64,000 nt of DNA, from positions 10,488 through 74,487 of the forward strand of contig CAJQNJ010000008.1 in assembly GCA_905479685.1 (NCBI GenBank), given 5' to 3'. The notes under the pieces are model-generated. The model did no database searches. It had not been told where the DNA came from and saw only the letters and a list, made by a program, of their open reading frames with translations. The position numbers and the translations under genes are program-made. Positions 48,347 to 58,278 of this stretch are shown piece after piece; within the stretch, counting starts at the first letter, position 1, and every line of letters begins with the position of its first letter. This DNA is from an uncultured Acidimicrobiales bacterium (lineage in GTDB: Bacteria > Actinomycetota > Acidimicrobiia > Acidimicrobiales > SHLQ01).

Positions 48347-48949
48347 TCAGCTCATGTCACCGCGTGAAGTGATCACCTTGTCGATGATGCCGTATTCCTT
48401 GGCTTCTGCTGCCGTGAACCAACGGTCGCGGTCAGAGTCCTTCTCGATCTGATCGACATCTTGCCCCGTGTGCTCGGCGATGAGTGCCTGCAACAGTTTC
48501 TTGGTCGCAGCCATCTGCTCAGCCTGGATTGCGATGTCGCTCGCCTGACCCTGAACGCCACCGAGTGGCTGGTGCATCATGATTCGCGCGTGTGGGAGGG
48601 CATATCGCTTACCCTTTGCTCCAGCGCCGAGCAAGAACTGCCCCATCGACGCACCGAGACCCATGCAGATCGTGCCGACATCTGGGCTCACGAATTGCAT
48701 GGTGTCGTAGATCGCCATGCCCGACGTGACCGAGCCGCCGGGTGAGTTGATGTAGAGCCAGATGTCCTTTTCTGGATCCTGACTCTCGAGGTGAAGCATC
48801 TGAGCGGTGATGAAATTGGCAATCTCATCGTTCACATCGGTTCCGAGGAACACGATGCGGTCGCGCAGGAGGCGGTTGTAGATGTCCATACGCGACACGT
48901 CCTCGGTGAGCGAGGCTGAATATGACGTGCCGGGAAGTTCGATGCCCAT
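48347..48949 (-). CDS. clpP: ATP-dependent Clp protease proteolytic subunit
   Basis: [26 protein letters not shown]...[18 protein letters not shown]...GLGASMG...MHQP. Confidence 0.95.
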   Translation of the reverse strand: MGIELPGTSYSASLTEDVSRMDIYNRLLRDRIVFLGTDVNDEIANFITAQMLHLESQDPEKDIWLYINSPGGSVTSGMAIYDTMQFVSPDVGTICMGLGASMGQFLLGAGAKGKRYALPHARIMMHQPLGGVQGQASDIAIQAEQMAATKKLLQALIAEHTGQDVDQIEKDSDRDRWFTAAEAKEYGIIDKVITSRGDMS

Positions 48950-49162
48950 TGTTCTCCTGTGTCTGGGTGGTGAGATGTTGTGGTCTCACCCAACAACGTG
49001 ACCGCACAGATATTTCCACTGCGCAGGCAGGTTTGAGGCTACCGCTACCCATCGGACACCGGGCGCTTCTGTCGAGCGGTCTCCTGGCAGATTTCGATCA
49101 ACATCTCTGCGATCAGAGGTCTACCCAGCGTGAGTAAGCCCTGTAGTCTGTGCGAAGGTTCT

Positions 49163-49246
49163 GCGGACGTGGCGGAACTGGCAGACGCGCCAGGTTTAGG
49201 TCCTGGTGTCCGAAAGGGCTTGGGGGTTCGAGTCCCCCCGTCCGCA
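49163..49246 (+). tRNA. tRNA-Leu (anticodon UAG), class II with long variable arm
   Basis: Hand-folded. Acceptor GCGGACG/CGTCCGC, D-arm GCG/CGC, anticodon stem CCAGG/CCTGG with loop TTTAGGT (TAG at 49197-49199), variable arm GTCC-GAAA-GGGC, T-arm GGGGG-TTCGAGT-CCCCC, discriminator A. No encoded CCA. Confidence 0.95.
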
Positions 49247-49264
49247 CGCACGAAAACTCGCCTC

Positions 49265-52039
49265 ATGACTGTTCCGAACACCACCCCGCAACTCACCGAT
49301 GAGACCATCGCGACCCTGCTCGCTGTTCCCTTCGGGCTGATGGTCATCGGATCGAGCAATCAAATCGTCGCCATCAACGATTCGGCTTCGACACTCATCG
49401 GCCTCGGTGTGGACGACGCGGCGGACCTTTCGGTCATAGACCTGCTCGCTGACCCAGGTGATAGCCCACTTCTCGATGACGCACTCCGGACCGCCCGATC
49501 GGGTCGTTCGACGCAGCGTTCCTTTCAGGTTCGTGCCCGAGGTGTGCTGCGAGGCCTCGACTTCCAATGCTGGTCCCAGGATGCAGCGACTGGGCAAGTG
49601 GTCCTCGCGAAGATCGAGGTTTCAGCCGCTCACGAACAAGCACGGCAGATTCGTGATCTCATCGCTCGGAGCCCACGCGGCATGGCTCGATTGGTCGGAA
49701 GCACGACCATGACAGATGTCAACGAGCGATGGACCGAGATCACTGGCCAACCCGCCGCTGAGGCGAGTGGCGAGGGTTGGCTCGAGCGAATCGACAGCGT
49801 CGGCAAGGACGAGTTCCTCGACGCGTTGATCACCGGGGCTGCGAACCACGAGGGTATTCACGGGCGCCTACGGATTGTGACTGCGACCGGTGACTATCGC
49901 TGGCTCGATGTGAGCACCACACCGCTCGACCAGCGCGGGGCGTCGCTGATGTCGTTCAACGATTCAACCGAAGACATCGACGCAGCTCGACGTGCCGATG
50001 AGCTGTCCCGCGTGCTCGAAGCCACCAAAGATCTCGTCGGGATTCTCAGCCCGGATGGCGAAAAGCTCATCTGGGCGAACGAGTCGCTGGCTGCGTTCCT
50101 TCCGGCAGCTGCCACGTCGACCCCCTTCGAGGTCAACCTCGACTCGCAGGCAAAGACCACGTTCCGAACATCGTCGATGCCTGACGTATTGGGCACCGGG
50201 AGCTGGCGCGGCGAGCTCACACTCATCGCCGATGATGGACTGTCCATCCCGGTGTCAGCGACGCTCGTTGCACATATCGACGACTCCGGAACAACCGAAG
50301 CCATTTCGATCGTCGCACGCGATCTCAGCGATCTTCGGGCCGCCCAGGCGCAGAACACCGAAACCGAAACCAGGCTTCATGCACTCGTCGAGAACGCTGC
50401 AGACCTGTTGGTCCTGATCGAACCAAATGGCATGGTCCGCTATGCATCACCTGCCGTGGAACGAGTGCTCGGCCACTCCCCTGGCAGCCTCGACGGGGGT
50501 GACGTTCTCGAACTCGTGCACCCAGACGATCTCGAAGCTGCCTATTCGATGGCTGCGGCGGTGTTGGATTCCACAGACGAATCACGAAACTCGGCACTTC
50601 GGATCGCACATGAGGACGGCTCGTACCGTCATCTCGAGGTCACCGCGAACAACCTCATCGACAATCCGGCAGTCGGTGGAATCGTCCTGAACGCCACCGA
50701 CATCACCGATCGGGTGGCAGCCGCCGAGCAACTCGAGGTCCAGGCCTTCCACGATGACCTGACCGGACTCCCGAACCGAGCGCTTCTCATCGAACGGATG
50801 CGAGAATCCCTTCGGCGGGCTCGCGAGCGTCGTCTGCTCGTCGGCTTGTTGTTCCTTGATCTCGACCGTTTCAACGTCGTCAACGAGTCGCTCGGCCATG
50901 TTGCCGGTGATGAGATGTTGACCGAGGTCGCAACCCGGATCGAAGAGGTGATTCGTCCAGGCGACGTGGTTGCCCGGCTCGGCGGAGACGAGTTCGCCGT
51001 GGTGATCAGCGACATGTTGCGACGTGGAGACGCCGTGGTCGCAGCTCGAAGACTGCGAAAGTCCCTCACTCAGCCGATCCGTATCGGAAACGACACCGCT
51101 GTCATCACGACGTCGATCGGCATCGCAATCGCCGAGGGCGGAGAAGCGCCCGAGGACCTCCTGCGCGACGCCGACACCGCGCTTCATCGCGCAAAGAAGA
51201 AGGGTCGTGACATCGCTGTCGTATTCGATGATCACCTCCGCGAGCAAGCGATTCGAAGGCTCGAAGTGGAGAACAAACTTCGCCGAGCGATCGAGAACGA
51301 CAATCTCGTCGTCCACTACCAACCAGTGCTGGATACGTCGACCGGGAAACTCTCGGGCTCCGAGGCCCTCGTCCGGATTCAGAACGAGGACGGCTCATTG
51401 GTGATGCCAGGATCGTTCATCGACGTCGCCGAAGACTCCGGGCTCATTTCGAAACTCGGACACCAAGTGCTCGTCAAGGCGATTCGACAGACGGCCGCAT
51501 GGACCAAACTCAACGTGCTCGGCCAAGACCCACTTTCGATCGCGGTGAACGTCTCGGCCCGTCAGTTGACCGACCCCAACTACGCGGATTCTCTCGGGGA
51601 CGAGCTCGCGAGCGCAGGATTGGCGCCCGAGCAGCTCTCACTCGAATTGACCGAGAGCGCGCTGATCGACGGCAACCCCACCACGGAACGATCGCTCGAG
51701 CAACTACGCGATCTCGGTGTCCGAATTGGTCTCGACGACTTCGGTACGGGCTTCTCCTCGCTTGCCTACCTCAAACGTTTCCCGATCAGCTTCTTGAAGA
51801 TCGACCGAAGCTTCGTCGATGGTCTGGGAACCGACGAGAACGATTCGGCAATCGTTCGAGCGACGATTGCCCTTGCGCACGGCCTCAACCTTCGAGTGGT
51901 CGCGGAAGGTGTCGAAACCAACGAACAGCTCGAACAACTCGCGGCGTTGAACTGCGATCTCGTTCAGGGATATCTGTTCTCGAAGCCCATCGAGCCAGAC
52001 GCGTTCATCACGTTCTTGGGCATGCGCTGGAGCAGTTGA
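49265..52039 (+). CDS. Multi-PAS sensor diguanylate cyclase/phosphodiesterase (PAS-PAS-PAS-GGDEF-EAL)
   Basis: Start at the ATG after the tRNA (MTVPNTTPQL...). Intact GGDEF (RLGGDEFAV) and EAL (SEALVR, DDFGTGFSSL, KIDRSFV). Confidence 0.9.
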   Translation: MTVPNTTPQLTDETIATLLAVPFGLMVIGSSNQIVAINDSASTLIGLGVDDAADLSVIDLLADPGDSPLLDDALRTARSGRSTQRSFQVRARGVLRGLDFQCWSQDAATGQVVLAKIEVSAAHEQARQIRDLIARSPRGMARLVGSTTMTDVNERWTEITGQPAAEASGEGWLERIDSVGKDEFLDALITGAANHEGIHGRLRIVTATGDYRWLDVSTTPLDQRGASLMSFNDSTEDIDAARRADELSRVLEATKDLVGILSPDGEKLIWANESLAAFLPAAATSTPFEVNLDSQAKTTFRTSSMPDVLGTGSWRGELTLIADDGLSIPVSATLVAHIDDSGTTEAISIVARDLSDLRAAQAQNTETETRLHALVENAADLLVLIEPNGMVRYASPAVERVLGHSPGSLDGGDVLELVHPDDLEAAYSMAAAVLDSTDESRNSALRIAHEDGSYRHLEVTANNLIDNPAVGGIVLNATDITDRVAAAEQLEVQAFHDDLTGLPNRALLIERMRESLRRARERRLLVGLLFLDLDRFNVVNESLGHVAGDEMLTEVATRIEEVIRPGDVVARLGGDEFAVVISDMLRRGDAVVAARRLRKSLTQPIRIGNDTAVITTSIGIAIAEGGEAPEDLLRDADTALHRAKKKGRDIAVVFDDHLREQAIRRLEVENKLRRAIENDNLVVHYQPVLDTSTGKLSGSEALVRIQNEDGSLVMPGSFIDVAEDSGLISKLGHQVLVKAIRQTAAWTKLNVLGQDPLSIAVNVSARQLTDPNYADSLGDELASAGLAPEQLSLELTESALIDGNPTTERSLEQLRDLGVRIGLDDFGTGFSSLAYLKRFPISFLKIDRSFVDGLGTDENDSAIVRATIALAHGLNLRVVAEGVETNEQLEQLAALNCDLVQGYLFSKPIEPDAFITFLGMRWSS

Positions 52040-52075
52040 CCCGAGCCAGCCTCGAGCCAACACGAAACCGCGCTG

Positions 52076-52690
52076 CTACTGCAAGAGGTTCCGTAGACCG
52101 CGAAACGCTCGTCCGCGATGTGAGATCGCTTGCTTGGTGATGGGGTCCATCTGCGCAAACGTCAGGTTTCGGGTCTCGTTCGGGATGAAGATCGGGTCGT
52201 AGCCGAATCCGCTATCGCCAGCAATGTGCAGCGAAATCCGACCCTCGACAACTCCATGCGACAACAACTCCGAGCCATCGGGGTATCGCAGGAGCGCAAC
52301 CGTACGAAACCGGGCAGTGCGTTCGGCCTCGGGAACTCCGCGCAAGACAGCCAGGGTCTTGGCCACATTGTCTGCGTACGTGGCGTTTTCACCCGCGAAT
52401 CGTGCGGTGTGAACCCCGGGAGCGCCGTCAAGATGATCGATCTCGAGCCCGGTGTCATCAGCGATGGCTGGCATAGAGGTGGCATCTGATATCGCAACGG
52501 CCTTCAATCGTGCGTTCCCCTCGAGCGTGTCTGCGTCCTCGACAACGTCAGGAATCTCGGCCGGCCTTGGCAAGATGTCGAACACGTCGTGCATCAGGAG
52601 CGCGATCTCTGCGACCTTGTCGGGGTTCGCACTCGCCATGACGACCTGCGGTCGAGCCGACGAACGTCCGTTGGGCGAGGAGTCGTTCAT
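52076..52690 (-). CDS. rdgB: Non-canonical purine NTP pyrophosphatase (RdgB/HAM1)
   Basis: [13 protein letters not shown]..., [33 protein letters not shown] overlap with rph. Confidence 0.9.
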   Translation of the reverse strand: MNDSSPNGRSSARPQVVMASANPDKVAEIALLMHDVFDILPRPAEIPDVVEDADTLEGNARLKAVAISDATSMPAIADDTGLEIDHLDGAPGVHTARFAGENATYADNVAKTLAVLRGVPEAERTARFRTVALLRYPDGSELLSHGVVEGRISLHIAGDSGFGYDPIFIPNETRNLTFAQMDPITKQAISHRGRAFRGLRNLLQ

Positions 52691-53415
52691 CGACCTGGAA
52701 GCTCGGCCGGCGGATCGAACAAAAGGCCTCGCTGAGCCTCGGTGATCGTCGCGATACCACTCGTTGCCAGATCGAGCATCTCGTTCAGCCGATCACGTCC
52801 GAACACTGCCCCCTCGGCCGTGCCCTGGATCTCGATGAAGTTGCCGTTTCCGTCCATGACAACGTTCATGTCGACCTCGGCATTGGCATCCTCGATGTAT
52901 GGCAGATCGAGCACTGGGACACCGTCGACGATGCCGACCGAAATTGCAGCACATTCGGTAAGGAGCGGAACCGACTCGAGCTCACCTGCCTGCACCAGCC
53001 GCGTCAACGCATCATGGAGCGCGACATACCCGCCGGTGATCGCCGCGGTTCGCGTGCCCCCATCAGCCTGCAACACATCGCAGTCGATGGTGATCTCACG
53101 CTCGCCGAGTGCCTTCATGTCGACCACAGCGCGCAGCGATCGGCCGATCAGGCGTTGGATCTCCTGAGTTCGACCCGAGACCCGACGACGAATTCGTTCG
53201 GGACTCGATCCCGGGAGCATCGAGTATTCGGCAGTAACCCAGCCCTTACCGGTGTCGCGCATCCACCGCGGAACATCTCCCGACACCGATGCCGTGCACA
53301 AGACCCTCGTTCGGCCGAATGAAACGAGCGCAGAACCAGCGCATGTATCGACGAAATCTCGATGGAAACTCATCGTTCGAAGCTCGTCGTTCGGACGTCC
53401 GTCGGGGCGAGTCAT
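52687..53415 (-). CDS. rph: Ribonuclease PH
   Basis: [11 protein letters not shown]..., [31 protein letters not shown]. Confidence 0.95.
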   Translation of the reverse strand: MTRPDGRPNDELRTMSFHRDFVDTCAGSALVSFGRTRVLCTASVSGDVPRWMRDTGKGWVTAEYSMLPGSSPERIRRRVSGRTQEIQRLIGRSLRAVVDMKALGEREITIDCDVLQADGGTRTAAITGGYVALHDALTRLVQAGELESVPLLTECAAISVGIVDGVPVLDLPYIEDANAEVDMNVVMDGNGNFIEIQGTAEGAVFGRDRLNEMLDLATSGIATITEAQRGLLFDPPAELPGR

Positions 53416-53561
53416 GGTTACTCCTGGGTGACTGCCCCACGGTCGTGGAGCTCGTTGCGCAGACTATCGGCTGCACTCCGAAGCGTGTTGCCTTCACCCC
53501 GCCGAACATGGACGTATCCACAACACCATGCGAGACGTGCCAGCGGATACGAGGATGATCC

Positions 53562-54710
53562 TCAGCCAGGTAGAACCTGGTCATCGAGTACCGCTCGATC
53601 GATCGGTACGGCCAGCTCGACATATGCGATCAGCCGAGCCAGATCACTCGGCGAGACGATGCCAACCAGGTCGCCCTTCTCGAACACGAGCGCTCGGTTG
53701 TCGCCGATGTTGCCCACCCGCTCCAATACCTCTGCGACCAGAGCCGACGGTTCGAGGGTCACGATGTCGGCGATCGGTGTGGCGAGCTCGCCCAATGTTT
53801 GGAGCCCAGCGTGATCGGCCGGGATGCTACGTAGCCGTCGGAGTGTGACGAGTCCCGTGACCTCACCCGATGCGTCGGTCACGGGGTAGGCGGCGTGGCG
53901 ACCGCCGAAGAACTCAGCCTCGATGAACTCGCTCACGGATAGGTGAGCCGACACGGTCGTCGGATTCGACGTCATCACTTGGCTGACGGTGATTTTGGAC
54001 AGGCGTTCCCCGACTGTGGCCTGGCGCAACTCTGCACGGGCGGCTTCACGGATGAACCATCCGATGAGCATGAGCCAGATCCCTGCCACGAGCCCGCTGA
54101 ACAGCATCTGCAGAACTCCGAGACCCACGAGTACCGCCCCGATCGCGAGGCCAAGCAGCGCCGCCTTCTCGGTTGCCATCCTCGCGTCACCCGTTCGCTG
54201 CCATTGCCACGCTTGGTAGATACGCCCGCCATCGAGTGGGAAGGCTGGCAACAGATTGAACAACATCAGAAAGAGGTTCATCACGCCGAACCACAAGAGC
54301 GCGATCCGAGGGAGTCCATCGAGCATTGCGCCAGCGATCACTCCCCCAACTCCGCATGCGGCACTGACCGCGGGTCCCGCGATTGCGATTCGAAACGATG
54401 CACCTGGTGTCTCGGGTTCCGATCCGAGTTGGGCGACCCCACCGAACAGCCACAGGGTGATGCTCTTGACCTCCACTCCCTCACGCAAGGCAACAATCGA
54501 ATGGCCGAGCTCGTGGGCGACAAGAGACGCGAAGAATGCCGCCGAGGTCACCGCGCCCACGATCCAGTACGCCTCTGCGCTACGACCCGCTTCGTACTCG
54601 GGAAACACCGTGTCCGCAAGCGACCAGGCCACGAGCACAGCGATGATGAACACACTCCAGTTGAGGCGTAACTCGATTCCGCGTGCTCGCCCTACGGACA
54701 TACCTTCCAT
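53562..54710 (-). CDS. Site-2 protease family (peptidase M50) with tandem C-terminal CBS domains
   Basis: HELGHSIVA (HExxH), NLLPAFPLDGGR, then two CBS-like repeats. Start is ATG 54710 or 54701, or GTG 54740. Confidence 0.85.
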   Translation of the reverse strand: MEGMSVGRARGIELRLNWSVFIIAVLVAWSLADTVFPEYEAGRSAEAYWIVGAVTSAAFFASLVAHELGHSIVALREGVEVKSITLWLFGGVAQLGSEPETPGASFRIAIAGPAVSAACGVGGVIAGAMLDGLPRIALLWFGVMNLFLMLFNLLPAFPLDGGRIYQAWQWQRTGDARMATEKAALLGLAIGAVLVGLGVLQMLFSGLVAGIWLMLIGWFIREAARAELRQATVGERLSKITVSQVMTSNPTTVSAHLSVSEFIEAEFFGGRHAAYPVTDASGEVTGLVTLRRLRSIPADHAGLQTLGELATPIADIVTLEPSALVAEVLERVGNIGDNRALVFEKGDLVGIVSPSDLARLIAYVELAVPIDRAVLDDQVLPG

Positions 54711-54860
54711 GGTTTGAGTTTCCCGTGCAGTGACGAGCACCCGTAGAGGCCTAGGTCCTACTGGGAGTGGATCCGGACGGGGACTTCAGGCCCTGTCCCG
54801 TGGTCAGGCCAGGGAGGAGGATGCCTGTGACGGGCCAAACATGGCACCGGAGGTGATGTG

Positions 54861-55094
54861 ATGCAAGACAAGAACAAGATTGCTGCGATAGTCGCTGCTT
54901 CGCTGGGTGGAATGACCGCGCTGCGTATGGCACGCCGACCGAAAATGGATCCGGCACACGCACCGGGGCATCGGCACCTCGGCCCAGCGCCAGGCACTGG
55001 CGATGTAAAACAACCGTCGGCACCTTCAAGCCGAAATCAGCCCTGGATCCGCACATCGCACAGCGACAGCCAACAACGACGATTCCGTCGGTGA
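54861..55094 (+). CDS. Possible small protein (77 aa; one hydrophobic helix then a basic disordered tail). Very tentative
   Basis: GGAGG at 54849-54853, 7 nt before ATG 54861. N-terminus is MQDKNKIAAIVAASLGGMTAL. Third-position GC looks lower than in neighbouring genes, which argues against coding. Confidence 0.2.
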   Translation: MQDKNKIAAIVAASLGGMTALRMARRPKMDPAHAPGHRHLGPAPGTGDVKQPSAPSSRNQPWIRTSHSDSQQRRFRR

Positions 55095-55169
55095 GCGACG
55101 ATTTCGTCGTACAGCCGATTTCGTCGTATGGCACCGTGACTGCTCGGCGGCTTCGAGGATGGCCCGAGA

Positions 55170-56567
55170 TCAGCCGATGAGGACGCGCTCTCGTTGATGC
55201 GGGCGCACGGCGACGAGGTCGAGTTCGGCGGCCAGTCGCTCACACATGGCGTCGCTGCCTTCGGGTTCACCGTGGACGGTGTACACGATCTCGGGAGGCT
55301 TCGACATCGATCCAACCCAGGAGACGAGGTCGTCTGCGTCGGCATGGACCGACAGCGACTCCATCGCGACCACGGTTGCGCGGACCGGGACGTGCTGGCC
55401 CAACAGCTTGACCGTCCGTTTGCCATCGGCCAGCAGGCGGCCTCGTGTGCCCGCTGCTTGGAATCCCGACAGGATGATCGTGTTGCGATTGTCGGGCAGC
55501 AGGCGAGCAAGGTGGTGCAGAACACGCCCTCCCGTCGCCATCCCCGATGCCGAAATGATGATCGACGGATAGGTCAGTTCGCTGAGCGACTTCGATTCCT
55601 CGGGTGTACGACACTCGTGAACATCATTCCCCGCAGAGAACGGCAGTGGACGATCGAGCTGGCGCAGGTCGAGGTCGCCATCTGCGTTGGCCTGGCGGTA
55701 GATGTCGAGCACCCGAAGCGCCATCGGGCTGTCCGCGTAGATCGGTAGGCGAGGGATCCTCTCCGACAGCATCAGGTCTTGGAGAAGCAGCAGCACGACC
55801 TCTGTTCGATCGACAGCAAACGCGGGGATGAGGACCATTCCTCCGCGACTCGCCGACTCCCTGATCGCCTCGCAAAGACGTTCGATTTCAGGTTCTGGGT
55901 CGGGGTGTACGCGATCGCCGTATGTGGTTTCGAGTAGCACGATGTCGGCGTCGGGAGGTGGTACTGGAGGCCGCAACAGCGGATGGTCACCTCTTCCCAG
56001 ATCACCGCTCACAAGGATGCGCCTCGGACCATTCCTCCCGTTGACCTCGACCTCAGCTGAACTCGATCCGAGGATGTGTCCGGCAATGTGGAACGTGACG
56101 GCGATCCCTGGCGCAACCTCGTGGCGCTCTCCGAAGGAGACCGGCTCGAACAGCTCGAGGACTGCGTTCGCATCAGCGGTCGTGTAGAGCGCGAGGGCGG
56201 GCTTGTGCTTGCTGAACCCCTTCCTGTTCGCGTACCGTGCCTCTTCTTCCTGGAGATGTGCGGCGTCGGGGAGGAGGACCTTGCACAACTCCATCGTGCG
56301 ATTCGTGCAGTACACCGGGCCGGTGAACCCCTGCTTGGCAAGTGCGGGAAGGTACCCACTGTGGTCGACGTGTGCATGGGTCAGCACGATCGCATCGATC
56401 GTTGACGGATCGATGGGGAATGGCTCCCAGTTCTGCACGCGGTACCTCTTCAACCCCTGGAACATGCCAGCGTCCACGAGTACCTGCGACTGTTCCGACT
56501 GGATGAGGAATCTGCTTCCGGTCACGGTTCCAGCTGCACCGAGAAACTCCAGCACTGCGTCCGACAC
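55170..56567 (-). CDS. MBL-fold / beta-CASP hydrolase (CPSF73/RNase J-like RNA-metabolising family)
   Basis: GTG 56567 preceded by AGGAGG. LEFLGAAGTVTGSRFLI..., LTHAHVDHSGYLP, and a later beta-CASP body (ESTYG-like ETTYGDR). Confidence 0.85.
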   Translation of the reverse strand: MSDAVLEFLGAAGTVTGSRFLIQSEQSQVLVDAGMFQGLKRYRVQNWEPFPIDPSTIDAIVLTHAHVDHSGYLPALAKQGFTGPVYCTNRTMELCKVLLPDAAHLQEEEARYANRKGFSKHKPALALYTTADANAVLELFEPVSFGERHEVAPGIAVTFHIAGHILGSSSAEVEVNGRNGPRRILVSGDLGRGDHPLLRPPVPPPDADIVLLETTYGDRVHPDPEPEIERLCEAIRESASRGGMVLIPAFAVDRTEVVLLLLQDLMLSERIPRLPIYADSPMALRVLDIYRQANADGDLDLRQLDRPLPFSAGNDVHECRTPEESKSLSELTYPSIIISASGMATGGRVLHHLARLLPDNRNTIILSGFQAAGTRGRLLADGKRTVKLLGQHVPVRATVVAMESLSVHADADDLVSWVGSMSKPPEIVYTVHGEPEGSDAMCERLAAELDLVAVRPHQRERVLIG

Positions 56568-56661
56568 CTGAGACCTCCTGCACTCGATCTGTGTCGAGTA
56601 TGTCGGCTCTCCGAGCGGGGCCGAAGGGCACAACGTCCCAACGGCGCCGTGGCGTCGTCGC

Positions 56662-57447
56662 TCAGACGGAAGCCGGTGTGAAGGTGCGACCGGGGACTGC
56701 CAGGTCGATCGGCCCAGCGAACTCGGCTCGGGCGGCAGCAACGCGATCGTCGTGCACCTCTCCGGGGGGAATGTGCGTGAGCACAAGGTGTCGAACGTCC
56801 GCTGACGTCGCGCGTCTTCCTGCCTGGCGCCCTGAGATATGGGGAATTCCGAGCTCCTCCATATCGATTCGTAGCGACGCTTCGTAGACGAGGAGGTCGA
56901 TCGGAGCAGCAAAAGCTTCCGGTGACCAGCCCGGTCCGGTATCGGCCGAATACCCGATCGAGTAGCCGCCCGATTCCGCACGTATGGCGAGCGTCTCCAC
57001 GGGATGGTCGGTCAACGAGAACGAGAAGTCGATGTCGCCGATCTTCGGCGTGGAGTCCTCGTCGATCGTGGTCCAGTCAAACGTGTACGCCGTGGCTTCG
57101 GAGCACGCGGCGTCGAGCAACAGGCGAGTGCCGGCCGTGCCGTAAACGGGTACGTGCGGTCGTGCGAGACCGAATCGGTACGCGTGGTACAGCGAAGGAA
57201 GTTCGGTCCAGTGATCGGGATGTTCGTGGCTGACGATGATTGCGTCGATTTCAGCGAGGTCGATGTGTTTTTGGAGCTCGATACTCGAACCGGGTCCTGC
57301 GTCGAGAAGCACAGCTGTCGAGCTCGTCCGGACGAGGTAGGAGGAACACGACGAATAGGCCGAACTGTACGAGCCAGCGCAGCCGATCACCGTGATCTGG
57401 AGGGGGGCTGGACTTCCGGATGTGCCGCTGCTCGTACCTGTGGTCAT
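56662..57447 (-). CDS. MBL-fold metallo-hydrolase (same position as mycobacterial Rv1339, an atypical cyclic-nucleotide phosphodiesterase)
   Basis: ITVIGCAGS..., VSHEHPDHW (HxHxDH). ATG 57447 forms an ATGA overlap with the murI stop. Confidence 0.75.
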   Translation of the reverse strand: MTTGTSSGTSGSPAPLQITVIGCAGSYSSAYSSCSSYLVRTSSTAVLLDAGPGSSIELQKHIDLAEIDAIIVSHEHPDHWTELPSLYHAYRFGLARPHVPVYGTAGTRLLLDAACSEATAYTFDWTTIDEDSTPKIGDIDFSFSLTDHPVETLAIRAESGGYSIGYSADTGPGWSPEAFAAPIDLLVYEASLRIDMEELGIPHISGRQAGRRATSADVRHLVLTHIPPGEVHDDRVAAARAEFAGPIDLAVPGRTFTPASV

Positions 57448-58268
57448 TCTTGTGTCTCCACCATTCGTTCGGGAGGTTTCCATCGGCCCACTTCTGTCAG
57501 TTCTGGACCCAACAACATGCGGCCGATTCGCGCGAACTCGTCGACATCACCCGAGGACAGGAACAGAGGGGATTCGAATGCACCGCTCCGGGTCCCACCG
57601 CTCTTCAACAGCATGGCCCGAACCTGAAAGGCAGTCTCATCAGCCGACGAAACAAGCACGACGTCGCGTCCGACGATGTCGGCGATCGTTCGGGCGAGGA
57701 AGGGATAGTGGGTACATCCAAGGAGGAGAGCATCGACCTTGGCGTCGACGATCGGTGACAGGAGCCTCTGCGCGAGCACCCGCACCTGATCACTCATGAG
57801 TTCGCCGCGCTCCACGAACTCGACAAATCCGGGACACGCCGCGCATGTGAGTTGGACGCTGTCGTCCACCTCGCTGACTGCAGACTGGTAGGCACCGCTT
57901 CCGATCGTTCCGACCGTTCCCACCACCCCGACCCGATGTGACTCACTCACGCTCAACAATGACCGGACCCCAGCATCGATCACTCCGACAATCGGGGTTG
58001 CGTGCACGTCCTGGAGGTCATGAAGGGCCGCTGCCGACGCGGTGTTGCACGCAACGACGACCATCTTGACGTCGTGCTCGTCGATGAGCCATTGCGTGAT
58101 CTCGAGCGCGTATTCGCGCACGTCGTCCAGATTCTTGGAGCCATAGGGATACCTGCCCGTATCCCCCACATAGATCAAACGCTCCTGCGGGAGGAGGTCG
58201 AGCAGCGCACGGGCGACTGTGAGACCACCAAAGCCGCTGTCGAATACGCCGATCGGACGAGGGTCCAT
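57444..58268 (-). CDS. murI: Glutamate racemase
   Basis: IGVFDSGFGGLTV..., YVGDTGRYPYG, VVACNTAS, LGCTHYP. Confidence 0.9.
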   Translation of the reverse strand: MDPRPIGVFDSGFGGLTVARALLDLLPQERLIYVGDTGRYPYGSKNLDDVREYALEITQWLIDEHDVKMVVVACNTASAAALHDLQDVHATPIVGVIDAGVRSLLSVSESHRVGVVGTVGTIGSGAYQSAVSEVDDSVQLTCAACPGFVEFVERGELMSDQVRVLAQRLLSPIVDAKVDALLLGCTHYPFLARTIADIVGRDVVLVSSADETAFQVRAMLLKSGGTRSGAFESPLFLSSGDVDEFARIGRMLLGPELTEVGRWKPPERMVETQE

Positions 58269-58278
58269 TCGATGCAGG

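Noticed and set aside
47376-48372. ORFs 47376-48197 (-, 273 aa) and 48001-48372 (+, 123 aa) in and around the rpe-clpP gap
   Set aside because: The first is mostly antisense to rpe. Both translate repeats into implausible low-complexity peptides (for example RTPLSRTPLSR from the 15-nt tandem) and lack an SD.
49130-49264. N-terminal 45 codons of the 969-aa ORF (49130-52039) reported by the ORF track
   Set aside because: This part of the ORF reads straight through the tRNA-Leu gene (49163-49246). The real CDS most plausibly starts at ATG 49265.
49163-52039. tRNA-Leu as an integration site of a genomic island
   Set aside because: No integrase, no direct repeat of the tRNA 3' end and no compositional shift could be seen downstream. 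The following genes (GGDEF-EAL, rdgB, rph) are core-like.
54797-54834. SRP (4.5S) RNA-like hairpin (GGTCAGGCC...GGAGGAGGATGCC resembles the GGUCAGGUCCGGAAGGAAGCAGCC core)
   Set aside because: The apical loop is 13 nt rather than a GNRA tetraloop, and the conserved asymmetric-loop nucleotides are not in place. The resemblance is superficial.
54751-55134. Minus-strand ORF 54751-55134 (127 aa)
   Set aside because: The translation is Cys/Gly/Arg-rich with no SD and no domain signature, so it is likely non-coding.
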